Origin: the human T2T-CHM13v2.0 reference genome, Homo sapiens
DNA: 64,000 nucleotides
Direction: 5' to 3' (one strand)
Assembly (NCBI RefSeq): GCF_009914755.1
Contig: NC_060934.1
Part shown: piece by piece, positions 25,234 to 38,400 of the stretch
How positions within the stretch are numbered: position 1 is the first letter of the stretch
Layout: each line of letters begins with the position of its first letter
The notes under the pieces: model-generated
What the model saw: only the letters and a program-made list of their open reading frames with translations
Told to the model about the DNA's origin: nothing
Database searches by the model: none
Program-made: the position numbers and the translations under genes

Positions 25234-26749
25234 TTCAAGTTGCTTTTTATGTTTCCTGATGTGACAAATAATTTCAAATATATTCTGGAGATTTCGGTTA
25301 TTATGTAAGGAAACTTTTTATCCTATTTGAACATTCCAGTTCAGTCCATGGTACCCTTATTTGGTTTACCATATAGGCCCCAGCCTGCTTTAGGGGAAAT
25401 GTAGAGTCAATGACAATTTGGTTTTCAAAGCCCTCCCCGTGCTATTCTGGTCGGGTTTGTTCTTCTGGATCTGCTGGGCCTCTGGTTGAATCCCTGCGCA
25501 TGTTGCCGGGGTTGCCCTGTGCGGTGGGGGTAGGTTAAGGAAACGCTGGGTGCTGGGTGTGGTCTCTGAGCCACGGTCAGCAGAGCCTGTTGTGGCCTGG
25601 GTGTGATGCTGAGGGCCAGGCCTGAACGGAGCTGCTGTGACATGGATCAGGGGGAATCTCCTCGCTGGGTCTCCAGTGAGATGCCCTTTTCAGTCCTTTC
25701 ACCAGAGAGAACAGGCTCTTTTTCTTTTCTTTTTTCCCCCTGCAGGTTTTGGCAGTTACAGGTTGCAGGGTTCTCTGGGCCCATCCAGGAGATGAGAGAG
25801 AAAAAGAAAACTCAGGGCCTGGTACAGCGTCACCCCCAAAGTCCCAAGGTTCCTGGACAGCCTTTCTTCCTCTCCTTCTCCTAGAGTCCTCTTACGTCTG
25901 TTAAATTATTTCCAGGGTGTCTAGTTGTATTTAGAGGGCAGATGCCACCTCGTCATAGAACACCAGGGTCCACTCTCCAGGCATTTGGAAAGAGTTGCCA
26001 CGAGGTCCTCTGAAGGGTGTGACAGTTCACACGCCCACCAGCAGCGTTTCCATGTCTCCATTTCCTCTGCCCCTGACAGCATCTAATGCTATGATTTTTG
26101 TTTGAAAATTTGGCTTTTGGTTCCTTTATGAGGTGATTAATTAATACAGGCTGCTGGCTCCTTCCCATGAATCCAAACCTTGGAGATGCCATCAAAGGGA
26201 TGACAGTTGATGGAGCCCAGAACCTAAGAGGAAACCCCTGAGAGCCTCGCAGAGGCTGGGCAAATGTGGTGGAGTCTGGGGCAGGAGGGGAACCACAGTC
26301 TGAGTGGAGGAGGCCACACAGCACAGCCCGGGCCAGTCTGCAGCTCTCTGCTCCGGGGCCCACCTGGGGCTGTCATCTGCCGGCCCTGCTTTCCTGTAGA
26401 AGATCCCACCCATACCAGCCCCAGGAATCCAGGCAAGGCCAGAGCACCTCAGGAGCCTCCTGGAGTGATGGCCATGACACCTGGTCAAGCTGGCTGGTAG
26501 CCCCTGGGCAGCCCTCCTCCCCAGCCCAAGGACAGCCAATTACAGCACAGGGCAGCCCTGGACAGACAGCACCAGCTAGAAGGACGGGGCATTCCCTGCA
26601 GACCAGAGCAGCCCCCGGGGATGAGCAAAGAGGGCCCCAGTCATCCTGCCAGAGGCTCTGCCCCGAGGAGCCCCTGCCTGCCTCCCTGAAACCCACCAGG
26701 AAGGTGTCAACTGGGGCCTAGGACGAAGGCAGCTGACCGTCCCCAGGGA

Positions 26750-27560
26750 ACAGAGAGCGGCCTGAGGAAACGAGACAGCCAGGGGAGTGAACTCTGGGAG
26801 GGAAAAACCGCAAGGTTTTTCCTTGGAGGAGGGAGCAGATGAGCGGGTAAGACCGGCAAATCCGTCACATACCCTCAGGACGCAGGGAGCGCGGCTGGAA
26901 TCAGCAGTTATGCAGAAAACGCAGGCCAGGTTACTGGACTGGAACATGCGGGCGCTTAAGTGATGAACTTGGTGGGAAGTTTGGAGAGCAGAAAATGAAC
27001 GAGTGAGACAAGTCAGGCTCTGAGCTCTTTTAGAAGGATCTGAAGGGATTGAGGAGGCAGAGGTGAGGGAGGAGAAATATTCAGTGCTTAGAAGAGGAAA
27101 AATGAATAGATAAGAGGAGGTATCTGAAAAATGACTAGGAACTTCCCCCAATTAAGAAAAGACGCACATCCTCAAACTGAAAGGGCCTGCAGAGCGTTAA
27201 TTACATTTTAAAGTTAAAATGTTCTGTGTAATTTCAAAGAAAAGCATCTACATTTTGAGTCAAAATTGCTAAAAACTTCCAAAGAGAAAAAGCAGGTAAC
27301 CCTCACAGGAACGCGAGTGGTGCTGACATTAGAATTGCAGCACAGACAACGGATGCAAAAAGAAAGGGGGTGACAGCTTCAGACGCGAGAGGAAAGGACC
27401 CTGGAACCCAGGGCTGCGTCCTGCTCACCGCCATGAAATATGGGCACGCAGGAAGCCATCCTCAGTCCTATCAGCCCCCTTGAGAGTCAACCCCAAAAAC
27501 ACTCTTGGAGAAATATTTCAGCAAGAAAAAGGAGCCAGGGAGAATGCTGCCAGGTCTGGG
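26750..27560 (+). mobile_element. Decayed L1/HAL1 ORF1-like region
   Basis: 'gaacttcccccaattaagaaaagac', 'ctcaaactgaaagggcc', 'aaaacttccaaagagaaaaagcagg' typical of L1 ORF1. Confidence 0.55.
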
Positions 27561-27733
27561 GAGGAGTGGTGCTTCCCGAGCGTGAATGGTTCACTGCCAT
27601 CTAAGTAAGCAATGACCTACGCGTGTGCCGCACAGTCCAGCTTCCTCAGAGGCGGTGGTGGCCTGGTGGAGGAATGTGGGCTGGCTGGGTGGCCACAGAG
27701 AATTACTGTTTCCATTAAAAGGAAATGTGTTCT

Positions 27734-28162
27734 GGCCGGGAGCCGTGGCTCACGCTGTAATCCCAGCACCTTGAGAGGCTCAGGCAGGTGGATCACTTGA
27801 GGTCAGGAGTTCGAGACCAGCCTGGCCAACCTGGTAAAACCCCGTCTCTACTAAAAATACAAAACTTAGCTGGGCGTGGTGGCAGGCGCCTGTAATCCCA
27901 GCACTTTGGAAGGCGGAGGCGGGCGGATCACTTGAGGCTAGGAGTTAGAGACCAGCCTGACCAACATGGGGAAACCCCGTGTCTACTAAAAATACAAAAA
28001 TTAGCCTGGCATGGTGGCACATGCCTGTAGTCCCAGCTACTCGGGAGGCTGAGGCAGGAGAATCGCTTGAACCTGGGAGGTGGTATGTTGCAGTGAGCGG
28101 AGATCACGCCACTGCACTCCAGCCTGGGCAACAGAGCAAAAACCTGCCTAAAAAAAAAAAAA
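27734..28162 (+). mobile_element. Three-armed AluS chimera (left + hybrid + right arm)
   Basis: Two successive left-arm/A5TACA linkers followed by one right arm and poly(A). Confidence 0.9.
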
Positions 28163-28619
28163 GTATCACATGGAGACGTGTGTCCGTTTGGGACTGTTTT
28201 CCAGCCTTTCCACACTCTCTCCCTCCCCATCTGTCCCTCCATCTCCACCAAGCTGTGTTTTGATGTTGTGTTTGCATGATTTGGTGTATCTGGCATTTTA
28301 ACATTTGCAGGGCAAATTTCTCTTCATTTTGGGTTTTTCTCTGCCTGTTCTTTTGTGTTTATTCTTTCAGATAAACTTAATTCTTTTTCCTTTAATGTCC
28401 TCTGATAAAAATATGCTTCAGAGACCACTGCATGTCACTGGGTTATCAGTTTTAATAGCTGCAAAAATTACATGGAGTGCTTAGACCATCATTTATTTAA
28501 GGAGTCTATTTTGGTTGTTTTCACTTTTCCCCCATGCCCAGTGGCGATGGCTTTTGTGCAGTGTAGAGGTTGAAAGAAAGGGAGTTCCACTGCTTAAACT
28601 CAAAATGTGTTTCTACTAT

Positions 28620-28951
28620 AGTGGGCCCTCCCTACCTATGGGTTCCAATTCATGGATTCAACCAACCATCAGTTGAAAATATTCAGAAAAAGAAGTGGAT
28701 GGTTCTGTCTGTACTGAACATGTACAGACTTTTTTCCTTCCTGTTAGTCCCTAACAGTATAACACCTGTTTCCATAGCATTTACAGTATACGAGGTATTA
28801 CAGGTAACTTAGAGATGGTTTCAGCTCTACAGGAGGATGTGCGCAGGTTACATACAGATACTATGTCATGCACAAGGACTTGAGCTTCGGTGGATTTTCA
28901 TATCTTCAGGGGTCCTGGAACCAATCCCCTACAGAATCCTAGGGATGAATG
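28620..28951. mobile_element. MER2 DNA transposon
   Basis: 'ggattcaaccaacc', 'gtactgaacatgtacagactttt', 'ggggtcctggaaccaatcccc'. Confidence 0.88.
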
Positions 28952-29049
28952 TATTTGCCAGTCCTGTGACTTGGACCAGGCATTTAATCTTTCCCAGCCT
29001 CCATTTGCTAATCTTTATAATGGTGATAAGTGTTAAACCCTTCACTGTT

Positions 29050-29700
29050 TCAGTGGGGCACATCCCAGCACACGCTGGTGACCACTTTTCTGGAGTAGAT
29101 TATTTGAAGCAGGATTGGAATCATCAGTCAGGGAGTAGGTACATTTCCCCTCCACATTTGCAAGTCACTTCGTGTTCCTAAACGGTTGTACCAGGTCCCA
29201 TGTCCTCCCACAGGGCAGGAAGTGCCCATCTCCTGACTCCACTGGTGGTGAAGGGGCTCAGGGCTTTTCATCTTGCCAGTCTGGTGAGCACAAGGCGCTT
29301 TTCATTATTGTTTACATTTGCATTTTTATTAGACAGCAGGAGGGTTTTAGCATCTCTTCAAGTGTTTATTGGCCATTCTCCTGTCTCCTGCAATTTGTGC
29401 CAATCCTCTGCCCATTTTTCTATTGGGTTGGTTGCCTTTCACATATTGATTTTGTAAAAGCTCTTTATATATTCTCCATTTAAATCCCGTGGCTGCTTAT
29501 AAATGTTATAAAAGACTTTTCCCTGGTATGATGCTTACCTTTTGACGTGTCCATGAGGCCTTTCTGTATTCAGAGGTTTTCAATACTCGTATAATCAAAC
29601 CTGGTAGTTTTCCTTTTGGTTTTGAGGTTGTGTCTTGTTTGGGTGAGTCTTTCCTACCCCTTTGACTACAGAAATGCCCTTTCATTTATAATATCCTCCT
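29050..29700 (-). mobile_element. Old L1 (L1ME-like) fragments
   Basis: 'gtttattggccattc', 'tgcccatttttctattggg', 'gctctttatatattct'. Confidence 0.6.
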
Positions 29701-29892
29701 ATTATGAAACATATTTCCACATTTTCTAAATTTTTAATTTTTAGCTGAGAAATAAATTAGTAATGATTAAAGTATTAATTACTTTTATCTTGTTATTAAT
29801 TATTGGTTTTATTTATTTACATGTAGTTGGCTTACATTTAGTTTAGTTTAACTTAATTACTTTAAAGTAATGTATAAATATCTTCAGTTTGT

Positions 29893-30160
29893 ACCGCATG
29901 TTCTCACTCATAAGTGGGAGTTGAACAATGAGAACACATAGACACAGGGAGGGGAACATCACACATCAGAGTCTATCCGGGGGCTGGGTGCAAGGGAAAG
30001 GAGAGCATCAGGACAAATACCTAATGCATGCAGGGCTTAAAACCTAGATGACAAGTTGATAGGTGCAGCACATGTATACCTATGTAATAAACCTACATGT
30101 TCTGCACATGTATCCCAGAACTTAAAGTAAATTTTTTAAAAAAATAATTAATTAAAAATA
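29893..30160 (+). mobile_element. 5'-truncated L1PA (PA8-PA10-like) 3' end
   Basis: 'ggacaaatacctaatgcatgc..cttaaaacctagatgac', 'gaacttaaagta'; TSD approx atat(c/t)ttcagtttgt. Confidence 0.88.
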
Positions 30161-30639
30161 TATATTTTCAGTTTGTAAATGTCCCGGCAACACGGGAACA
30201 GAGTTAAAAGAGTGTGTGTCGTCCTTAGCTGCTCCCACCCCCTCATCTCCTCCCTAGCCATCCCAGCCACCAGTCTGGCCTGCGCCTTTCAGGTTTCTTC
30301 CTAGACGCTGGCATACATAGATCACTATTTTCTGCCATGTGGTATCTTTTAAACACACACGATTGTTTTGTGCAGAAACTTTCTATTTTTACCTCTCATA
30401 AGTGTCCTGTGGGTTCTTTCCATGTCACTGTGATGTGTGTGCGTATGTGAGATTCAAGTTCAGCTTGCTAATCTTGTAGAAAGAATTACGCTCCACTTCC
30501 CCTGTGCTCTGGCCCTCCCTAACACAGCAGCCCATCCCTGGAGGCTGATGGAGCCCCTCGAGCACTTCTGCTTACCATTTCTCTTTGTTCTGTTTGTTCA
30601 GGTTTTCTGCCTCCTGCTAAGCCAATTTATACATTCCAA

Positions 30640-32400
<1,761 letters not shown>

Positions 32401-32449
32401 CTGGTGTCTGTGAGAGGTGATTCTTCATTGTGCCAAGAATGTGGATTTT

Positions 32450-33140
32450 TTTGAGAGCAGGGACTCTCACAGATATTTGCACACCCATGTTCAAAGCAGC
32501 ATGATTCACAAGAGTCAAAAGGTAGAAGCATTCTGAGGGTCTATGGGTGAGTGGATGGACAAGCGAAATGTGGTTATGCATACAGTAGACTGTTACTGAA
32601 CCTTTAGCAGGAAGGAGATTCTTTTTTTTTTTCTTTCTTTTTGTGGAGAATGGGGTCTCGCTATATTGCCCAGGCAGGTCTCGAACTCCTGGGTTCAAGC
32701 TATCTTCCCACCTCTGCCTCCCTAACAGCTGGGATAATAGGCATGAGCCTATAATATCACCCGGCCAGGAGGGAAATTCTGAGAGGCATGCCAACACGCA
32801 TGAGCCTTGAGGACATTGTGCTAGATGGAATAAGCCAACCACAAAAGGACAGATACATTGCGATTTCACTTACATGAGGGGCCCAGAATGGGCAAATTCA
32901 GAGACAGAAAGAGCAATGGTAACAAAAGGAGGGAGCTGGTGTTCAATGGGTTCAATGCTCAGTGGTGTTCAATGGGTATGGTTTCCTTTTGGGAAGATGA
33001 AAAGGTTCTGGAGATGGACGGTGGTAGGGGATATGCGAAAATGTGAGTGCACTTAATGCCAGTTAACCCACACTAAAAGATGGTACAACTGTGCATTTTA
33101 TGTTAGGTATATTTTCACCACAATTAAAAAATTTGAAAAG
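32450..33140 (+). mobile_element. L1MB 3' end with nested FLAM
   Basis: 'gatatttgcacacccatgttca', 'gaagatgaaaaggttctggagatgg', 'ttttatgttaggtatattttcaccacaatt'. Confidence 0.85.
32622..32766 (-). mobile_element. FLAM Alu monomer
   Basis: Single left arm; TSD agga(a/g)gga(g/a)attct. Confidence 0.85.
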
Positions 33141-33239
33141 AGCTTGGATTTTGGAGCTGATCTGCCTGTTTCAGATCCTGCCATGAAGTTCTACGAGCTT
33201 GAGCCAGTTCCTGGGCCTCCTGGTGCCTCAGTCCTGCAT

Positions 33240-34470
33240 GTAACACGGCGAGCGCGTGTGCACACGGCTCTGGGAGTTCTCGTGCAGCACTCAGAGCTCA
33301 GCGTGGGCGAGGGCGTCACCCTTCAGGGGGCGTCCATGGGGCCTTGGAGAAGGGAGGCTCCGGGGCGCCACAGCAGTCTACCGGGAGAGGCCAGGCCAAG
33401 CGCTTGTTCACCCGCAGCCCTCTTAGGGAACTTTCACATGCTTCTCCCACTAGGCCTAGGCACCCCTCCCCACCCTCCCTGCCCTCCTGGTTCCCTGATC
33501 CTCAGTGACCTTGTCCTTCAAGACTGAACTCCAGAGTCCCCACCCGAGGACCCGCAGTGCCCGGCCGCCGCGAGCTCGCGGGGTGTATGCCCGCCCCGAG
33601 GCTCCACCGCGCCTGTGTGCCGGGAAGCCTGGCTCCACAGGACCCTCAGGCACTGGGCGCGCCGTCGCTGCAGCTGCCAGGAGCTCCTGAGGAAGTGGCT
33701 CGAGGCCCCGGGGCGGGTCAGGCGTAGGGTGGGCCCGCTGCCCTCACACCCGCCCCGGCCGCACACAGGAGGCGCGATCAGCAGAGTCGTTGGACAGGTT
33801 TGGACACCGGCTGTCTCTTTCGGGCCTCGGTTTTCGCGTCTGAAATAAAAGCGCGCATCCTGGCCCTGGCGCGGTGCCTCTGCCGCGGTAGAGGTTTCCA
33901 CCATGAGCCCAGTGCGCCTTCCAGGCTCGAGGGAGAGGGAGTGTGCGTGCGTGTGAACGCGTCACACTCTTGTGTGAATGCGTCATACGCTTGTGAAAGA
34001 CGGTGCTTGTGCACACGCGTGTGCGTGCGTGTGAACGCGTCAGGGTACCCGAGGATGCACACACGCACGTGTGAGTGTGCGCGAGTGCGTGCTCAGAGGA
34101 CAGCTCTCAGCAGGCTGGGGACCTCCTTCCTCTCACCCCTGAGGGTTTTGGGGGACCAGCCCCCGTATCCGGGTGCTGCGGGATCCCCTGAGGCGAGCGC
34201 GCACCGCTGTGCTCGGGCTCCGGCTTTGTGGGGACCCGGCCTTCCCGGCCCGCACCACGAGGAGTTCCACGCAGTAGCCACGAGGTGGCACCGCAGACTC
34301 GCTACCGCGGAGCGCGGCGGCTCCCGGCTCCCAGCAGCCTCGCCTAGGGCTGTGGCCAGGGCGGTCAGTCTCAGGCCCAGGCCGCTGCTGCCAGGAAAAG
34401 CAGGAACAATCGCCAGTCACGCCTGCTGATGCCCCTGAAGTGCTTATGCTCCCAGGCATGGGCTGACCGC
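33240..34470. promoter_or_regulatory. Orphan CpG island 2
   Basis: ~1.2 kb GC-rich and CpG-dense ('ccggccgccgcgagctcgcgg', 'accgcggagcgcggcgg'); GC boxes; no exon recognised. Confidence 0.8.
34276..34293 (+). promoter_or_regulatory. Candidate CTCF site
   Basis: agCCACGAGGTGGCACcg closely matches the CTCF core CCASYAGRKGGCRS. Confidence 0.55.
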
Positions 34471-34585
34471 AACGTGCATTCTCTCCTTTTATGTCCCTAC
34501 TGTTTGGAACCCTGTTTTTGTTTTTGTTTTTTGTTTTTGTTTTGTAAATCTGCCGCTTAAAATACCCAGGGTGGAGCTAAAAGTA

Positions 34586-34925
34586 CAGACACTGCTCAAC
34601 TTACCCCTGGCTGCGGCCCGATAAGGCCGCTGAGAGTGGAAAATGACTGAGTCCACCTGACTACCGAATAGCACAGCGTGGGGGCCTACCTTGGCCTGCT
34701 GAGAACACTGCCCTGAGCCTGCGGTGGGCAGAAGCATCAACACGAAGCCTGTTTTGTAGTCAAGTGTCGGATACCTCATGTAATCATTGACTACTGTACT
34801 GAAAGTGAAAAACCGAGTTGCCGTGTGGGACTCAAACGAGGGTTTCTGCTGACTGTGGATGGCTTTTGCATCACTATAAAGTTGAAAACTGTTAAGTGGA
34901 ACTGCGGTTAAGTCGGGGCTGTGTG
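34586..34925. mobile_element. MER47A (Tigger5-group) DNA transposon, GC-shifted
   Basis: 'cccgataa', 'actaccgaa', 'ctcatgtaatcattgactactgtactgaaagtgaaaaac', terminal 'taagtcgggg'. Confidence 0.8.
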
Positions 34926-35021
34926 CACTAGAGACCTGAGTTCTGCCGCTCCATAGCTGTGTGACTTTGGACACATATTTGAGCCTGAGTGTCTTCTACA
35001 CAAAATGGATTTCTTAGCATA

Positions 35022-35195
35022 ACATACACATGTGTACGCGCCCGTGAGCATACGCGTGTATGTTTGCATGAACACATCTGTGTATGCACGAGTGTGTGCA
35101 CATCTGTATGTGGCTGTGTAAGTCCGTATGTACATTTGTGTGCATGTCTGTGTGTGCATATGTTTGTACGTGTGTGTGCTGTGCATGTGTGTGTT
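35022..35195. repeat. Degenerate (TG)/(RY)n tract
   Basis: Mostly alternating purine-pyrimidine TG/CA/TA. Confidence 0.85.
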
Positions 35196-36257
35196 AAGGC
35201 CCTGGGGTGGAGCTGAGTTGTTGAGGGGAGATGCTGGGAGGGCAGCCAGCACCAGGTGTTTGTTGGCCAGGAGAGAAGCTGCCATCCAGGTGCACTCTGG
35301 GGCTCCTGCTTCAGTGGCACAAGGCTTCGGGATTGAGGAAGCTGGGGGCTGGAGCAGGGCAGTCCTGCACCTCATGGGAGGTGCAGAGTGAGGTCAGGAG
35401 GATGGAGAGAGTGCCAGAGAATGGGGGGAATCTGAGGCATCAGGAAAGGAAGACACAGGCCACGGAGAGGGCAGCTGGGCCCTGGGTGAGGCCGGCCCTC
35501 AGGAAGGAGGTGCCACAGGTAGGGGAGTGCCCAGATGGAGAGCCCAGGGGTATGGACCCACGGGTGTATGACAGTGGGGGTACTCCTGAAACCGCAGTAT
35601 TATCCAACAAGCAGGGTTGGGACAACTAGTTATTTCATTTAAAAAAACAGGTCAATGTCAGTCCTCATTCTATGCTTTAAAATAAGCTCCAGATGGACTC
35701 ATGCTTTACATGTAAAGAAGAAAAGGCAAAAAGAAAATAAAGAAAAGGCTTGTAAGCAGGTAGTTAATTGGGGGCAATCCCAGGATGCAGGAGAGAGGGG
35801 ATGGAGCCACAGCAGGTCTGGGGAAGGGAGAAAAGCCGGCCCCGAGACCAGGGCCCAAGGACCCATTCAGGCCAGCAGTGCCTTCTGTGCACTTCCGCAA
35901 GGTCACACGTTCTTCCAAAGTTGCCATCATGGAGAGGTAGGCTTCCACGTAGTCTTGACTCCACTCGATTTCAATCCTTGGGTGGCTTTTCCTGTGATCA
36001 CACTCAGCCCTGATACAGCCATTGCTGGGGCCTCCCCTGGCTGGACGTTCCGCTTTTGGTCCACATTCTTTCCTCCTGCCCTGAGGCTGGCCATGGGCCT
36101 CCTGAAGGCTAGCTGGGAGGACCTCCCTTCCATGGCTGTGCTCTTGCTCTGCCCACGCTGTCGCCTCCATCTCTACCTCCCTTTCCATCCTCACCACCAG
36201 CGCTCGAGTCAGTGGGGAGCTTTTCACTCACCAAGCCCAGGCAGGTGCGTCACGTGA

Positions 36258-36721
<464 letters not shown>

Positions 36722-37020
36722 CCCTTCAAATCTTAACAGAGAAGCCACCAAAGTCTCCTTGGGTCCATCACATGGATGGACCTCCTGGGCCCTTCAGCCC
36801 CTGGGCTTCCCTTGAGGTCCTGGAGCTATGTGGGCTCCAGCTCTGGGAAGGTGGACCCCCACGTGTGTGTCCTGCCGTCACTGTCTCTAAGGAGTCTGGC
36901 TCACACTAAGTGAGCCATAAGGCCTTGTTCAAGGTCATCTGTCCCACTGATTTCAGACGCATGGTGGAGTCTGAAATCATCTGTCCCCCACAGTGCATTC
37001 AGAGCCCTGTCTGGACTAGG

Positions 37021-37295
37021 GCACACACACATGCATGCTCATATATGCATATGCACATACGCACACACATATGCATATGCACATACGCACACACATATGC
37101 ATATGCACATACGCACACACATATGCATATGCACATACGCACACACATATGCATATGCACATATGCACACACATATGCATATGCACACACACATGCAAGG
37201 CTGCAAGGCTCATGCACACACACATGCACACACATGCACACACATGCACATGCACACACATGCACATGCATGCTCACATGTACAGGCACTCATGC
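37021..37295. repeat. 26-bp minisatellite (catatgcatatgcacatacgcacaca) x~5.5 within a CA-rich tract
   Basis: Near-identical tandem units at ~37042-37190. Confidence 0.92.
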
Positions 37296-38269
37296 ACCTA
37301 GAGCCTTCTCATCCTTCACTTTGAGTCCCCCCTCCCCTTGCCCATCCTTGCCCATCCTTCAAGGGCTCAGTCAAAAGCCATCTTTTACAAATTGTCTCTG
37401 GTTGACTTTCTTTTTTTTCCCCTCTTAGAAGAAGCGATGCTGTCCTCAGTCATCGAGCATTCACTGGGCGCTTCATGTGTGCCAGGCCCCGACATGGGTC
37501 TTGGGCATGTTCCAGTTCTCATGTCCTCAGGGCTCCTTGGTGAGTCGAGGGTGAGGAGGACACGGAGGCACAGGAGGCCACGGGGCAGGTCTAGGTCCAC
37601 TCAGCCTCCAGAGTTCAGCCCTCCCTGCTGAGTCGGGGTGAGCAGGACAGATGCCTGCTCCTGGAACTTGGTGGGTGAGGTGGACAGTCATGCAGGGAGG
37701 CGCCAGGCTCAGGGGCTGTGGAACAGAGAAAGGAAGCTTCCAGGACATCAAACAATTCCTGGAGTGCCAGGGCAAGAGGGGAATCTGGGTGGAGGAAAAC
37801 GTGAACAGGGCAGAGGTTGGAGGTGGATGTGGCCCCCGAGCACGTTGGAGGCGACTGAGGTGCTTCTTGACTTTGGGCATCTTCGTTCATCCCTGCATTT
37901 GCACATTTGTTGAACACACCTACTGAGACACTTGTTTTCTTTCCATGGTCCATACATTAGGAACATAGAGTTAGCTTCCTGGGGAACTTTTTAAGAAGTA
38001 TTCTTAGAGAAGAAACCAGGAGGCATCGTTGTGGGATGTTGGTCCAGGATCTTGGGTGTGTCCTTTGGTCTTTTGTGGGTCAGGTTAGCAGGAATTGTGT
38101 CCTGAGGTGTTGGGACTGCAAAGTACAGGTTCCCTCCTGCCCACACTGATGCCTTCAGGGAATGACCTGTCTGCTCTTCTAAGAAGAACACTTAACTCAG
38201 CCTTGGCTGACCTCAGCTACCTGTGCTTTCTTCAGCCAGGCTCTGTGTTTTGTGCTTTTACTCTCAAAA

Positions 38270-38400
38270 CAACCCTATTATTATCCCTGTCCCACAGACG
38301 AGATGCTGAGCCCCTGAGAGGCTCAGTAGGTGCCTGAAGGTCTTCCAGCCAGGAGGTGGCAGAGCCAGGGCCGGCCTGGCCTGAGGACTCCGAAGCTCCC
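38270..38400 (-). mobile_element. MIR
   Basis: 'tattattatccc..cacagacgagatgctgag..gaaggtc..ggtggcagagccaggg'. Confidence 0.6.

Noticed and set aside
30249-30261. PRDM9-A hotspot motif
   Set aside because: cctccctagccat misses the final C of CCNCCNTNNCCNC; the THE1 at 61327 also lacks the hot variant.
35706-36227. 173-aa ORF with a protein-like middle segment
   Set aside because: The DNA resembles a GC-shifted old L1 fragment, and I recognise no homologue.
36910-37428. His/Cys-rich ORFs suggesting a metal-binding protein
   Set aside because: Translations of the CA-rich 26-bp minisatellite, open in almost all frames.
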